Assembly (NCBI RefSeq): GCF_000143415.4
Contig: NW_003314448.1
Location: 1 to 64,000, forward strand
Source of the DNA: Selaginella moellendorffii
Lineage: Eukaryota > Plantae > Lycopodiophyta
Direction of reading: 5' to 3'
DNA length: 64,000 nt
The stretch's first letter is position 1, and each line of letters begins with the position of its first letter. The notes beneath the pieces are model-generated. The model was given only the letters and a program-made list of their open reading frames with translations, was not told the origin of the DNA and searched no databases. Below are positions 1 to 9,074 of the stretch, piece by piece. A program made the translations under genes and the position numbers.

Positions 1-163
1 CCCTAAACCCTAAACCCTAAACCCTAAACCTAAACCCTAAACCCTAAACCCTAAACCCTAAAACCCTAAACCCTAAACCCCATAACCCTAAACCCTAAAC
101 CCTAAACCCTAAACCCTAAACCCTAAACCCTAAACCCTAAACCCTAAACCCTAAACCCTAAAC
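1..163. repeat. Terminal plant-type telomere (CCCTAAA)n, left chromosome end
   Basis: About 23 tandem CCCTAAA units with a few variants, starting at base 1. Confidence 0.97.
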
Positions 164-596
164 CGGTTTGCAGGCACTTTGGGAGGCGCGGAACCACTGT
201 CGCTTTGATGGGCAACAAGCGAGAATATCGGCAGTGGTGGCATCATGGTGGAGACTCACTCTCGCAGCGGTGCGTCTTCACTACACCATCCTGAAAGAGC
301 GGGCGAAACCGAGGCAGCTCGAGGAGTGGAGATCTAGGTGGCTCCCATGCTTCGGCAAATTGGGAGGTGGCGAGATTCGCTGGCAATGGCGCCCCCCAGA
401 CTCTGTTCTAAGGTCAGCTCGTGGGGGAGACTTGGACATCGACATGATTCGCTCGAGACGACCACGTCCACTTCTACTCCAGGACTAGGTCTAGCTGCGG
501 CATATGAGGATCACGTAGAGTAGCTCATGGAGAGGGCGGCACGCCCATTTTTTGTATTAGTCCCATTGGGACATGGGGAATGTACATACACGTTCA
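164..596 (+). mobile_element. 5'-truncated L1/Tx1-like LINE 3' end (ORF2 C-terminus and 3' UTR), capped by telomeric repeats
   Basis: ORF 168-488 has LWEARNHCRF (LWxxRNxxxF-type L1 C-terminal motif) and WQWRPP. It resembles the end of ORF 44087-44836 (LWMIYRERI...WNWKPP). Confidence 0.6.
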
Positions 597-668
597 GCGA
601 TCTCGCCGGATTGCAACACCACGGGGTGTCTTTGACCCTAAACGCCTAAACGCGCCTAAATCCTAAAC
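597..668 (+). repeat. PLE 3'-terminal module (hairpin plus variant telomeric tail), copy 1
   Basis: GCGATCTCGCCGGATTGCAACACCACGGGGTGTCTTTGACCCTAAACGCCTAAACGCGCCTAAA. It recurs at 10768, 23120, 23327 (partial) and 30569. Confidence 0.9.
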
Positions 669-1879
669 TCTCTGCGGTTCAAAAGCATCCGAGCGGGCCT
701 CACCAGCTTTGCTCGGCTGCAAAAGCACATCCCACGCACCAAGTAAGCTTAAGTTCTCACACTGTTTTTATTGTTCCAGAAGAATCCAGTAAATTCAAAC
801 AACAATTTACCGGAATCGGACCTCTTCGCCAATGACAGGCCAAGACAGCTCCATATACGGCTCTAGGACAGGAGAAGCCAGCCACGATGCCCCTCACTCC
901 CTGCGCACAGGTCTGGCACAGCAAATCTCCAGGCCGGGCATTTACGTTGGCCCCTGTGCGCTGCACCTCACCGCCAGGACGCCACAGAAATCCCTGCCTG
1001 GAGCTGCTAACCGCCACTAAGAGTCTGGGAGCTAGCTCGGCATCTCCACCAACAGCTTCTCTGGCGTCTAGCGCAGCCCAGCTCCTCTGACTCACGTCCG
1101 GCACAGCAAGTGCCCCACAAAGGGTTTTTGCCCCCTTTGGTCGCTGCCTCGGCACCACCAAGGGATCTCCAAAAATCCTAAGGGGACTGCTCCCTGCTGT
1201 TGAGAGCATGCGCGCTGCCCAGACATCACCACAGAGCTGCTGAGATCCACCAGAATCCGCCGTAAAAACGCTGCCCGCTCACGCTGCTGTTTTCTCCCCT
1301 TTCTCCCCTCTCGCCCATCCTCCACCGTCAGATCCCCGTGATCTAACGGCCCACAACGCTCAAACACCAAGCGCAAAAAATTCTAAGTCCCAGCACTTAG
1401 ATTTTTTGTCTCTTGCTTTTTGTCCCTTGTGGCTGTGGAGGAGGGAGCAACGGGAGAAAGCACGAGAAAGCACGTGAGCGCAGCAGCTGTTTCTGAGCTT
1501 GCCAGTCTACGGCTCAAGGTCTGCCCTGCCCTCTCCTCCTCTCTGGAGGCAGGGCCTTTTTCGTTTTTCTTGCTTGGGGCTAACAGCAGAAAAAATCGGC
1601 CCTGCCAGCAGCAGCAGCCGGCGACCCAGCCAGCGCCAGCCACAGCCGCTGCCAACGCCAGCAGCTACAGCTGCCGCCAACGCCAGCAGCTGCCGCGGCT
1701 GCCACATCTCGGCCAGCCGCCCGCGGCGGCCACACCCAACGCTTGGGCGAGCACTCGCCGCCCAACGCGCCGCGGCTTGGCCGGCCCAGCAGCGCCAAGC
1801 AGCACCACGGGCTGCTACGCACTGCTGCACGCCGCCCAGGGCCGCTCCACGCGCGCCGCGCACCACCCAGCGACGCGCG

Positions 1880-2000
1880 ACACCGCCCGGTACCGCCCGG
1901 TACCGCCCGGCCTCACCCAGCGACGCGCGGTACCGCTCGTACCGCCCGGCACCGCCCAGTGACGCGCGGTACCGCCCGGTACCGCCCGGTACCGCCCCGC
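1880..2000. repeat. GC-rich short tandem repeat (GGTACCGCCC-like)
   Basis: Repeated ggtaccgccc / gacgcgcggtaccgc units in the PLE 5' region. Confidence 0.75.
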
Positions 2001-2076
2001 GCCGCCCAGCGCCGCGCAGCGTCTCTAGCACCGTGGCTGTCCCCAGCACTACGGCTGCCACCAGTGACGCCCAGTG

Positions 2077-4866
2077 ATGCCAGCGACGCCACTGCCACCT
2101 TTACCATCTGCTGCTCTAGTGCCTATACCAGACAGTCACGACGTCATGGACCCCTCACCGCTCATGCCACCAGGGCCAGCAGCACCAGGGAGCTCCAACC
2201 ACGCCATGACTACTGCAGAGACAGGTTACGCTCCAGTTCCTCCAGCTCCAGTGCTCCAATCTGAGCTGGGAACCACGTCACGAGCTACCTCGTCGCGTGA
2301 ACACTCCCAGCTCCTCGCTGAGGCCATCTACGACGAACGTGCGTCGCACCGACCACTCTCGCCGTACCTCAAGCGAGTTCTGGACACTAGACGTGCGCTG
2401 CGGCTCCGCACTACGCGTGTCATCACGGCTCACATTGAGACGCGTTTGGAGAACCTGGAGCAAGACGACACTCTTTCGAGTGTTGCCAACTTTTTCTGCA
2501 ACGAGGCACTATGTTCGGCATTGCAGCGACCTCCCACCTCCTCTGACACGGCCACACCACAGAACTCCTCGGACTCTGTGGCGTGCAGCCCTGACATGAG
2601 CAGGCTGCAGCAGAGTATGAGACACGGTCCACACTCTGCTGCACAGGAGCGCTGCATGGCAAACACGGCAGCATCACCCACGGCGAATTGCGACAGCCCA
2701 ACATCGGAGCAGGAGGTTTCCCAGGCTGAGGGCACCGAGCACGTGGCGCATGTGGAACACGTGGCTGTCCAGCCAATGCGCCGGTTCCCCATGCCGGATC
2801 TGCCACGTGCACTTCGAGCCCCACGCCATCAGAGAGACCTCCGCTCTTTTTACGTGGCAAACTTTCCATATCGCTACGTCAGATCTCAATTCCAGGATAC
2901 GTTTGAGTCCCTCCTACGGGACCGTGGAGCCTACCCGCACGGGGTCCTCCCTGCCAACCCTGGCCCTTTGACTGCAGAGCTGAGTGCTACAGCGATGCGA
3001 CGGATCTTCCCACCACCTGTGGTGCCGAATCCTGTGTCATCGCTGCCCAGGCCTGCCCTTGCCATGGCAGCAGAGCAGCGACCCCCATCGGAGAGAGGCC
3101 TTCCAGGACCTGGCTCACTGCGACAGCCCCTGCGACAGCCTCCGTCACCCGCGACGCATGGCTCTGTCTCACGACCTGTCCAGCCCAGGCCCACCACGTC
3201 CCACCGACAGGAGCAGCCGGTGTCTACGCCTCCGCACCTGACACCTTCGACGCGGACTCGACGAACGCCTCCTCACAGCTCGATGCCAGAACGGCCGTCC
3301 ACACCTCGCTCTCCGGAGGCTGGACCGCCACCCCTGACACCACGGGCCTCGCCAGCACAGCGGGCACCCTCGACACGCACGACACGGACGCATGCATCTC
3401 CGCGTGCAGCATCGCAGGAGCTGCGACGTCCTCCTCCTGCTCCAGTGGACCCTCCGGTCACTTCGCCACCGCGAGGCCACTTGGCAGCACAGAGGACACG
3501 CACAGATGCTGAGCCCATCCCTCCCCAGCCAGAGCGATGTTCAGGCCAGCCAGCTCCGGGACGCACGCCCGAGCCACCAGCTGCGCCACCTCCGCCACTG
3601 GCTGTTGGAGCAGAAGACGGCTACACGCTTGGAGGCTTCAAGAACATCGATGGAGCCTTCAACAGCATCCTCGCGAGCTCCCTGCAAGAATTTCTGCAGG
3701 AGTACAACACTCTGGTGTCGTCGAGATACGCTCTCCAGGGCCTCAAGGACCTGAAAGAGCAAAAGAAACGCCCGCAGTCGCTCCGCACACGCCCACCGAA
3801 GCTCAAGGTGTCTCGACATGCCCAGGACGGCCTCACGAGCAGAATTGCTGAGGCGCACGAGCGCTACCTCACGGAGCTGCACAACATCCTCATTAAGGCT
3901 CGCGAGGACGAGATCGAGACACTCCAGAAGCTCGTCTCCTCGGGTCTCAGGGATCTCTTTCGCAGCCGACTCGAGGATCTCGTCACCTCCACACTCAGTT
4001 ATTGCAGCGCCACAGAGCATGATGCCGTCTACCACCACCTGCTCGCCCTCAAGCAACGGTGTACCCTCAAGTTCCACACCAAGACATCGTTCTTTATGGC
4101 CGGCAAGGGCATCGAGCACCGAACACAGGCGACGGCGACGCGGAGACTGGAGGAGGCCATCGACGTGGCGAACGCCTCTGCGGATGCCCTCCCTAAGGAG
4201 CAGACCATCGCAGAGCTAGTGGACGCCGCTGTTACGAAGGCCTTCCAAAGCCAGCGACATGCTACGCCGTCACACACAGGAAAAAAGAAGAGAAAGCGAG
4301 AAAAGAAGAACAAAGCGCGAGAGCAACGTGACGGCACACCGGGTAAGCATGCGCAGGATTCGAGCAAGAGGCACCGCGTGTCCTTCGCCGCCAACGCCGA
4401 CGAAGCCGGATCCCGGTCGGCAACACCCACCCGCAACGACCAGGGAAACGGACAGCGGCGGAACGGGACTACTGGGACTCCTCCCACCTGTTCCGCTGCA
4501 TTGGCTTCTTCTTCGAGGGGGACTCCGCGCCGGACATCTCCAGCCCGGCATGGTTCCCACGAAAAGAATGCTGGACACGTTGGCCCTCGCCGCTCCGGCC
4601 GCAGCAGCTCCCCGCAGCGACGCCCACGCTCCACGACACCGGCACCGGTCACCTCAGGTCCCCAGCGACCGCGAGGACGTTCACCGACCAGAGGCAGCAA
4701 GGGAGCTCGCACACGCAGCCCTCGACCTCGCCCTGGACGGAGCCAGACCCCTGCCAGCCGCAGGAGCAGGACCCCAGCACCACGACGCCGCTCACGCTCG
4801 CGCTCACGCTCACCAACCGTCAAAGTCCCTGTGAGGGGAATCCTCAAGACTACTGGTCACCACTGA
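2077..4866 (+). CDS. PLE ORF1: Pro-rich N-terminus, predicted coiled-coil core, basic RS-rich tail
   Basis: 929 aa from the ATG at 2077. The helical core (FNSILASSLQEFLQE...ALPKEQTIAELV) aligns with ORF 23886-26594. Confidence 0.85.
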   Translation: MPATPLPPLPSAALVPIPDSHDVMDPSPLMPPGPAAPGSSNHAMTTAETGYAPVPPAPVLQSELGTTSRATSSREHSQLLAEAIYDERASHRPLSPYLKRVLDTRRALRLRTTRVITAHIETRLENLEQDDTLSSVANFFCNEALCSALQRPPTSSDTATPQNSSDSVACSPDMSRLQQSMRHGPHSAAQERCMANTAASPTANCDSPTSEQEVSQAEGTEHVAHVEHVAVQPMRRFPMPDLPRALRAPRHQRDLRSFYVANFPYRYVRSQFQDTFESLLRDRGAYPHGVLPANPGPLTAELSATAMRRIFPPPVVPNPVSSLPRPALAMAAEQRPPSERGLPGPGSLRQPLRQPPSPATHGSVSRPVQPRPTTSHRQEQPVSTPPHLTPSTRTRRTPPHSSMPERPSTPRSPEAGPPPLTPRASPAQRAPSTRTTRTHASPRAASQELRRPPPAPVDPPVTSPPRGHLAAQRTRTDAEPIPPQPERCSGQPAPGRTPEPPAAPPPPLAVGAEDGYTLGGFKNIDGAFNSILASSLQEFLQEYNTLVSSRYALQGLKDLKEQKKRPQSLRTRPPKLKVSRHAQDGLTSRIAEAHERYLTELHNILIKAREDEIETLQKLVSSGLRDLFRSRLEDLVTSTLSYCSATEHDAVYHHLLALKQRCTLKFHTKTSFFMAGKGIEHRTQATATRRLEEAIDVANASADALPKEQTIAELVDAAVTKAFQSQRHATPSHTGKKKRKREKKNKAREQRDGTPGKHAQDSSKRHRVSFAANADEAGSRSATPTRNDQGNGQRRNGTTGTPPTCSAALASSSRGTPRRTSPARHGSHEKNAGHVGPRRSGRSSSPQRRPRSTTPAPVTSGPQRPRGRSPTRGSKGARTRSPRPRPGRSQTPASRRSRTPAPRRRSRSRSRSPTVKVPVRGILKTTGHH
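4443..4499 (+). promoter_or_regulatory. Predicted -1 programmed ribosomal frameshift signal
   Basis: G_GGA_AAC at 4443-4449 in the ORF1 frame, a 5-nt spacer, a 13-bp stem (4455-4467 with 4487-4499) and an inner TGGGA/TCCCA hairpin. Confidence 0.85.
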
Positions 4867-6710
4867 CCAGTCCGTCTAAGGCCACCCTCGACATCGCAGG
4901 ACAACGGCCAGTCTCGAAGTTCGAGAACCGAGTGGAGACTGGAGCCGTACACAACCTCTCGAGCAGGACTCTCTCAGCTGCCGAGATCCGTCTCCTCTCC
5001 CTCGGCCTGAGGTACATCCCGAACCCGGCACCGCTCAGAGCCCCACAGATCATGGAAAGCTCTGATGCTCTCTGCCGAGCCGTCCGACTCCGTCACCTCT
5101 TCAAGGACGACGACTCAGCCCTGCCGGAGTTCCGAGTACCGAACCCGATCTTCGAGCCGCCTCCAGCACCAGCGCATGTGGAACGACGCCTAGCACACTT
5201 GCGAGGCAGCCTGCTCCACAGGCTTGAAGGAGCACACAAGCCTCGCTCCTTCGCTCACGGTTGGAAGAAGCGTGCCCTCTGCTCTCTCGCGACGGACACC
5301 TCCATCGTCATCAAGCCCGCGGATAAAAACCTTGGAGCGGTGATTCTGGATCGCGATTGGTACACGAAGGAGGCTCTGCGCCAACTGAACGACCCACTCG
5401 TTTATGTGAAGGTCCCCTCCGTGCCATCCAAGGCCCTCCAGGAACGCCTCGCCGAGCTCATCACAAAGTACCGCAGCTGCTCATGGCTCGACAACTCCAC
5501 GCAGCAGTTCCTGCTGCACCAGCCCGCCGTACCCCGGCAAGCTTGCATGCTGTATTTTCTTCCGAAAATACACAAGCAGCCAATAAAGGGCCGGCCAATT
5601 GCGAGCTATATCGGCACTTTGTGGGAGCCCCTCGCGCGGTGGCTTCACCGCCAGCTCTACGACATCCTGCTGAAGCAGCCAACGTTTCTCGCTGATTCGC
5701 TCACGCTGCTACAGGACCTCCTCCACCTACAGCTCCCGCGGGACTGCTGGCTCTTCACGTTCGACGTAGAGAGCCTCTACCCAAGCATCCCCACACGAGA
5801 GGGTCTCCAACGCCTCCGCGACTTTGTGTTTGCCGAGTACGGCAACACCACACGCTCGCGATTCCTCATGGCTGCGGCTGCCCTCGTCCTGGAGCACAAC
5901 TACGTGGAGTTTGACGGTAACATCTACCAGCAGATCCGCGGCACAGCGATGGGCTCCAACTTTGCGGTGGTCTACGCTTGTCTCTTCCTCTGCTCTCTTG
6001 AAGCCGAGTACAAGCACGCCACCAACGACTGGCCCTTCTATCTACGAAGGTACATAGATGACGGAGTGGGCATTTGGACAGGTACACGAGCAGGCCTCGA
6101 ACGATGGCTCCGAGGATACGGCACGCTGTGTCCTTCGATCAAGATCACCTCGGTGATCTCGCTCGAAGAGTTGGATATCCTCGATATCCACTTCTTCAAA
6201 GGCCCTCGCTTTGAAGAGACAGGCTGCCTCGACTCGTCCACGTTCCAGAAGCCCCTCAATGCCTACCAGTACCTCCCCTGGACGTCGGTTCACCCACGGC
6301 ACCAGAAGGTGGCATTCATCCGCAGCGAGCTCCGCAGATACCTCCTCCGCGAGAGCACGGCCGATGGATTCCACACCATGCGCACGCGGTTCTACCACCA
6401 CCTCCGTGCCCGGGGATACCCGACCTCCTTCCTCCATCACTGCTTCTCCGGCATCTCCTACGACCAGCGACATCAAGCTCTCCTTGCACGTTCGCGCCGC
6501 TCTAGCGACGCCTGTCGACGGGCCCCCCTCGCCTTCAAGCTGCCTTACACACTCCACAGCGCGCAGCTAGGCTTGGGGGACATCCTAAACCCTAAACAGG
6601 TGATGGATGAAGCTCCCGCAGACACACTCCCCCGAGTGATTACGTGTTGGAGACGCTCCCCGAACCTCGGTTCGTTCCTGGTCAGGGCCAAGCTCCCTCC
6701 GCGAGCTTAG
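4449..6710 (+). CDS. PLE reverse transcriptase in the -1 frame (no endonuclease); predicted ORF1-RT fusion of ~1544 aa
   Basis: KPADKN, LPKIHK, FDVESLYPSI, GTAMGSNFA and RYIDDG motifs. The frame is stop-free from 4449 (translated by hand). No GIY-YIG domain before the stop. Confidence 0.93.
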   Translation, partial: RTAAERDYWDSSHLFRCIGFFFEGDSAPDISSPAWFPRKECWTRWPSPLRPQQLPAATPTLHDTGTGHLRSPATARTFTDQRQQGSSHTQPSTSPWTEPDPCQPQEQDPSTTTPLTLALTLTNRQSPCEGNPQDYWSPLTSPSKATLDIAGQRPVSKFENRVETGAVHNLSSRTLSAAEIRLLSLGLRYIPNPAPLRAPQIMESSDALCRAVRLRHLFKDDDSALPEFRVPNPIFEPPPAPAHVERRLAHLRGSLLHRLEGAHKPRSFAHGWKKRALCSLATDTSIVIKPADKNLGAVILDRDWYTKEALRQLNDPLVYVKVPSVPSKALQERLAELITKYRSCSWLDNSTQQFLLHQPAVPRQACMLYFLPKIHKQPIKGRPIASYIGTLWEPLARWLHRQLYDILLKQPTFLADSLTLLQDLLHLQLPRDCWLFTFDVESLYPSIPTREGLQRLRDFVFAEYGNTTRSRFLMAAAALVLEHNYVEFDGNIYQQIRGTAMGSNFAVVYACLFLCSLEAEYKHATNDWPFYLRRYIDDGVGIWTGTRAGLERWLRGYGTLCPSIKITSVISLEELDILDIHFFKGPRFEETGCLDSSTFQKPLNAYQYLPWTSVHPRHQKVAFIRSELRRYLLRESTADGFHTMRTRFYHHLRARGYPTSFLHHCFSGISYDQRHQALLARSRRSSDACRRAPLAFKLPYTLHSAQLGLGDILNPKQVMDEAPADTLPRVITCWRRSPNLGSFLVRAKLPPRA

Positions 6711-8888
6711 CCACGTCTTGTACCACACTTTGCAAGACACGGAAGCATATGTTTGCATCCCTCTCCGCATACCCTATGACTCCCAGGGTCTGGCCGATGG
6801 ACTTCAGGTATGTCCCAAGTCACTCCAGGCCACCCCCCTTTCGAGTCAACGCCAGGTCAACGCGGAGTCAACGGTCAGAACGGAATATTCCCCAATATTC
6901 CGACTGTATCCCTGTTGACCGAGTCAAAACGGCATATACCGTTGGATTCCGCTCTTCCTTCCGATCGTGAATATGTGAGTTTCAACTCTGAACTCCACAC
7001 ATGACTCGTGGAAAAGCGTGTATTCCGTTAAAACGGTGCCGCTCCCTCGACATCGGCGACACACGCCGACAGCTCGCGGGATGGCTCTCCCCGACACAAC
7101 CGCTGGACTCCGAGTATGTATGAGTGACCTCAGGCCCTCCACCACCACAGTCCACACACGGTCAACGCGGGGTCAACGGTCAACGACGGAATATTCCGAG
7201 AATATTCCCTGCAAAGTGAACCACGTTTTTTCGTCGCCGGGTACGTACAAGTGATACAAGCATTGTGGACGTAATGCATGCATCATATCATGCCGCGTTC
7301 ACAAGTTATCTCGCGTCAAAGGTACATCACCCGCCGGACGAACGCTTACTGTCTTCGGCGATCCGCCGAAGTCATTCTCCGCGACTACCACTGCTGTGGA
7401 GTAACCAACACCAGCTGTGCTACGTTCGCACCCTTGCGAGCCAACGCTGCCACGCCACTTCGCATGGCCGCCACACGGACTCGCGCCACGTGACAGAGCC
7501 AAAATATAAGTAGAGTCGGCACCGAGCTAGGGTTAAGGTAGACACTAGATGACTACACTCGACTCGTCCACGTTCCAGAAGCCCCTCAATGCCTACCAGT
7601 ACCTCCCCTGGACGTCGGTTCACCCACGGCACCAGAAGGTGGCATTCATCCGCAGCGAGCTCCGGAGATACCTCCTCCGCGAGAGCACGGCCGATGGATT
7701 CCACACCATGCGCACGCGGTTCTACCACCACCTCCGTGCCCGGGGATACCCGCCCTCCTTCCTCCATCACTGCTTCTCCGGCATCTCCTACGACCAGCGA
7801 CATCAAGCTCTCCTTGCACGTTCGCGCCGCTCTAGCGACGCCTGTCGACGGGCCCCCCTCGCCTTCAAGCTGCCTTACACACTCCACAGCGCGCAGCTAG
7901 GCTTGGGGGACATCCTAAACCCTAAACAGGTGATGGATGAAGCTCCCGCAGACACACTCCCCCGAGTGATTACGTGTTGGAGACGCTCCCCGAACCTCGG
8001 TTCGTTCCTGGTCAGGGCCAAGCTCCCTCCGCGAGCTTAGCCACGTCTTGTACCACACTTTGCAAGACACGGAAGCATATGTTTGCATCCCTCTCCGCAT
8101 ACCCTATGACTCCCAGGGTCTGGCCGATGGACTTCAGGTATGTCCCAAGTCACTCCAGGCCACCCCCCTTTCGAGTCAACGCCAGGTCAACGCGGAGTCA
8201 ACGGTCAGAACGGAATATTCCCCAATATTCCGACTGTATCCCTGTTGACCGAGTCAAAACGGCATATACCGTTGGATTCCGCTCTTCCTTCCGATCGTGA
8301 ATATGTGAGTTTCAACTCTGAACTCCACACATGACTCGTGGAAAAGCGTGTATTCCGTTAAAACGGTGCCGCTCCCTCGACATCGGCGACACACGCCGAC
8401 AGCTCGCGGGATGGCTCTCCCCGACACAACCGCTGGACTCCGAGTATGTATGAGTGACCTCAGGCCCTCCACCACCACAGTCCACACACGGTCAACGCGG
8501 GGTCAACGGTCAACGACGGAATATTCCGAGAATATTCCCTGCAAAGTGAACCACGTTTTTTCGTCGCCGGGTACGTACAAGTGATACAAGCATTGTGGAC
8601 GTAATGCATGCATCATATCATGCCGCGTTCACAAGTTATCTCGCGTCAAAGGTACATCACCCGCCGGACGAACGCTTACTGTCTTCGGCGATCCGCCGAA
8701 GTCATTCTCCGCGACTACCACTGCTGTGGAGTAACCAACACCAGCTGTGCTACGTTCGCACCCTTGCGAGCCAACGCTGCCACGCCACTTCGCATGGCCG
8801 CCACACGGACTCGCGCCACGTGACAGAGCCAAAATATAAGTAGAGTCGGCACCGAGCTAGGGTTAAGGTAGACACTAGATGACTACAC
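6228..8888 (+). repeat. 1330-bp tandem duplication (pseudo-LTR): 6228-7558 and 7558-8888
   Basis: Near-identical copies of the RT C-terminus plus 3' UTR at a constant offset of 1330, with a 1-nt junction overlap. Confidence 0.95.
8815..8840 (+). promoter_or_regulatory. Putative Pol II promoter in the PLE 3' UTR (G-box GCCACGTG plus TATAAG)
   Basis: Motifs lie ~50-75 nt upstream of the hammerhead. Also present at ~7485-7510 and ~21220-21245. Confidence 0.45.
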
Positions 8889-8929
8889 CCGGCTGATGAG
8901 TCCCAAAAAGGACGAAACCGGTCTCGGGT
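8887..8929 (+). ncRNA. Minimal type I hammerhead ribozyme
   Basis: Stem I ACCCGG/TCGGGT, CTGATGA core, stem II GTCC-CAAAAA-GGAC, GAAA, palindromic stem III ACCGGT, GTC cleavage triplet at 8921-8923. Confidence 0.92.
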
Positions 8930-9074
8930 TGTCTCTTGTCCTCTCCCTCGCTCACGAATGAATGAAAATTCATTCCTTTGCCTCCTCTACTTGCTCTCAA
9001 TCATGCCGTTTCGACAACGGCACACGGAGAATGTGGATTGCACAAAGTGGTGCCGCGATCTCGCCGGATTGCAA

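Noticed and set aside
597-630. U2 snRNA stem-loop IV (ATTGCAG loop) or a telomerase RNA gene
   Set aside because: Only a 6-7 nt match. An alternative hairpin pairs these bases, and no Sm site or USE/TATA Pol III promoter was seen.
4863-4866. CTGA/TTGA stop-start reinitiation at the ORF1 end (also 26591-26594)
   Set aside because: The upstream slippery site, hairpin and conserved -1-frame peptide explain RT expression better.
4932-6710. RT as telomerase (TERT) or as a bacterial retron/group II RT
   Set aside because: Motifs (KPADK, GTAMGS, YIDD, short C-terminal extension), the pLTR and multicopy status fit PLE RT. There is no TEN/TRBD.
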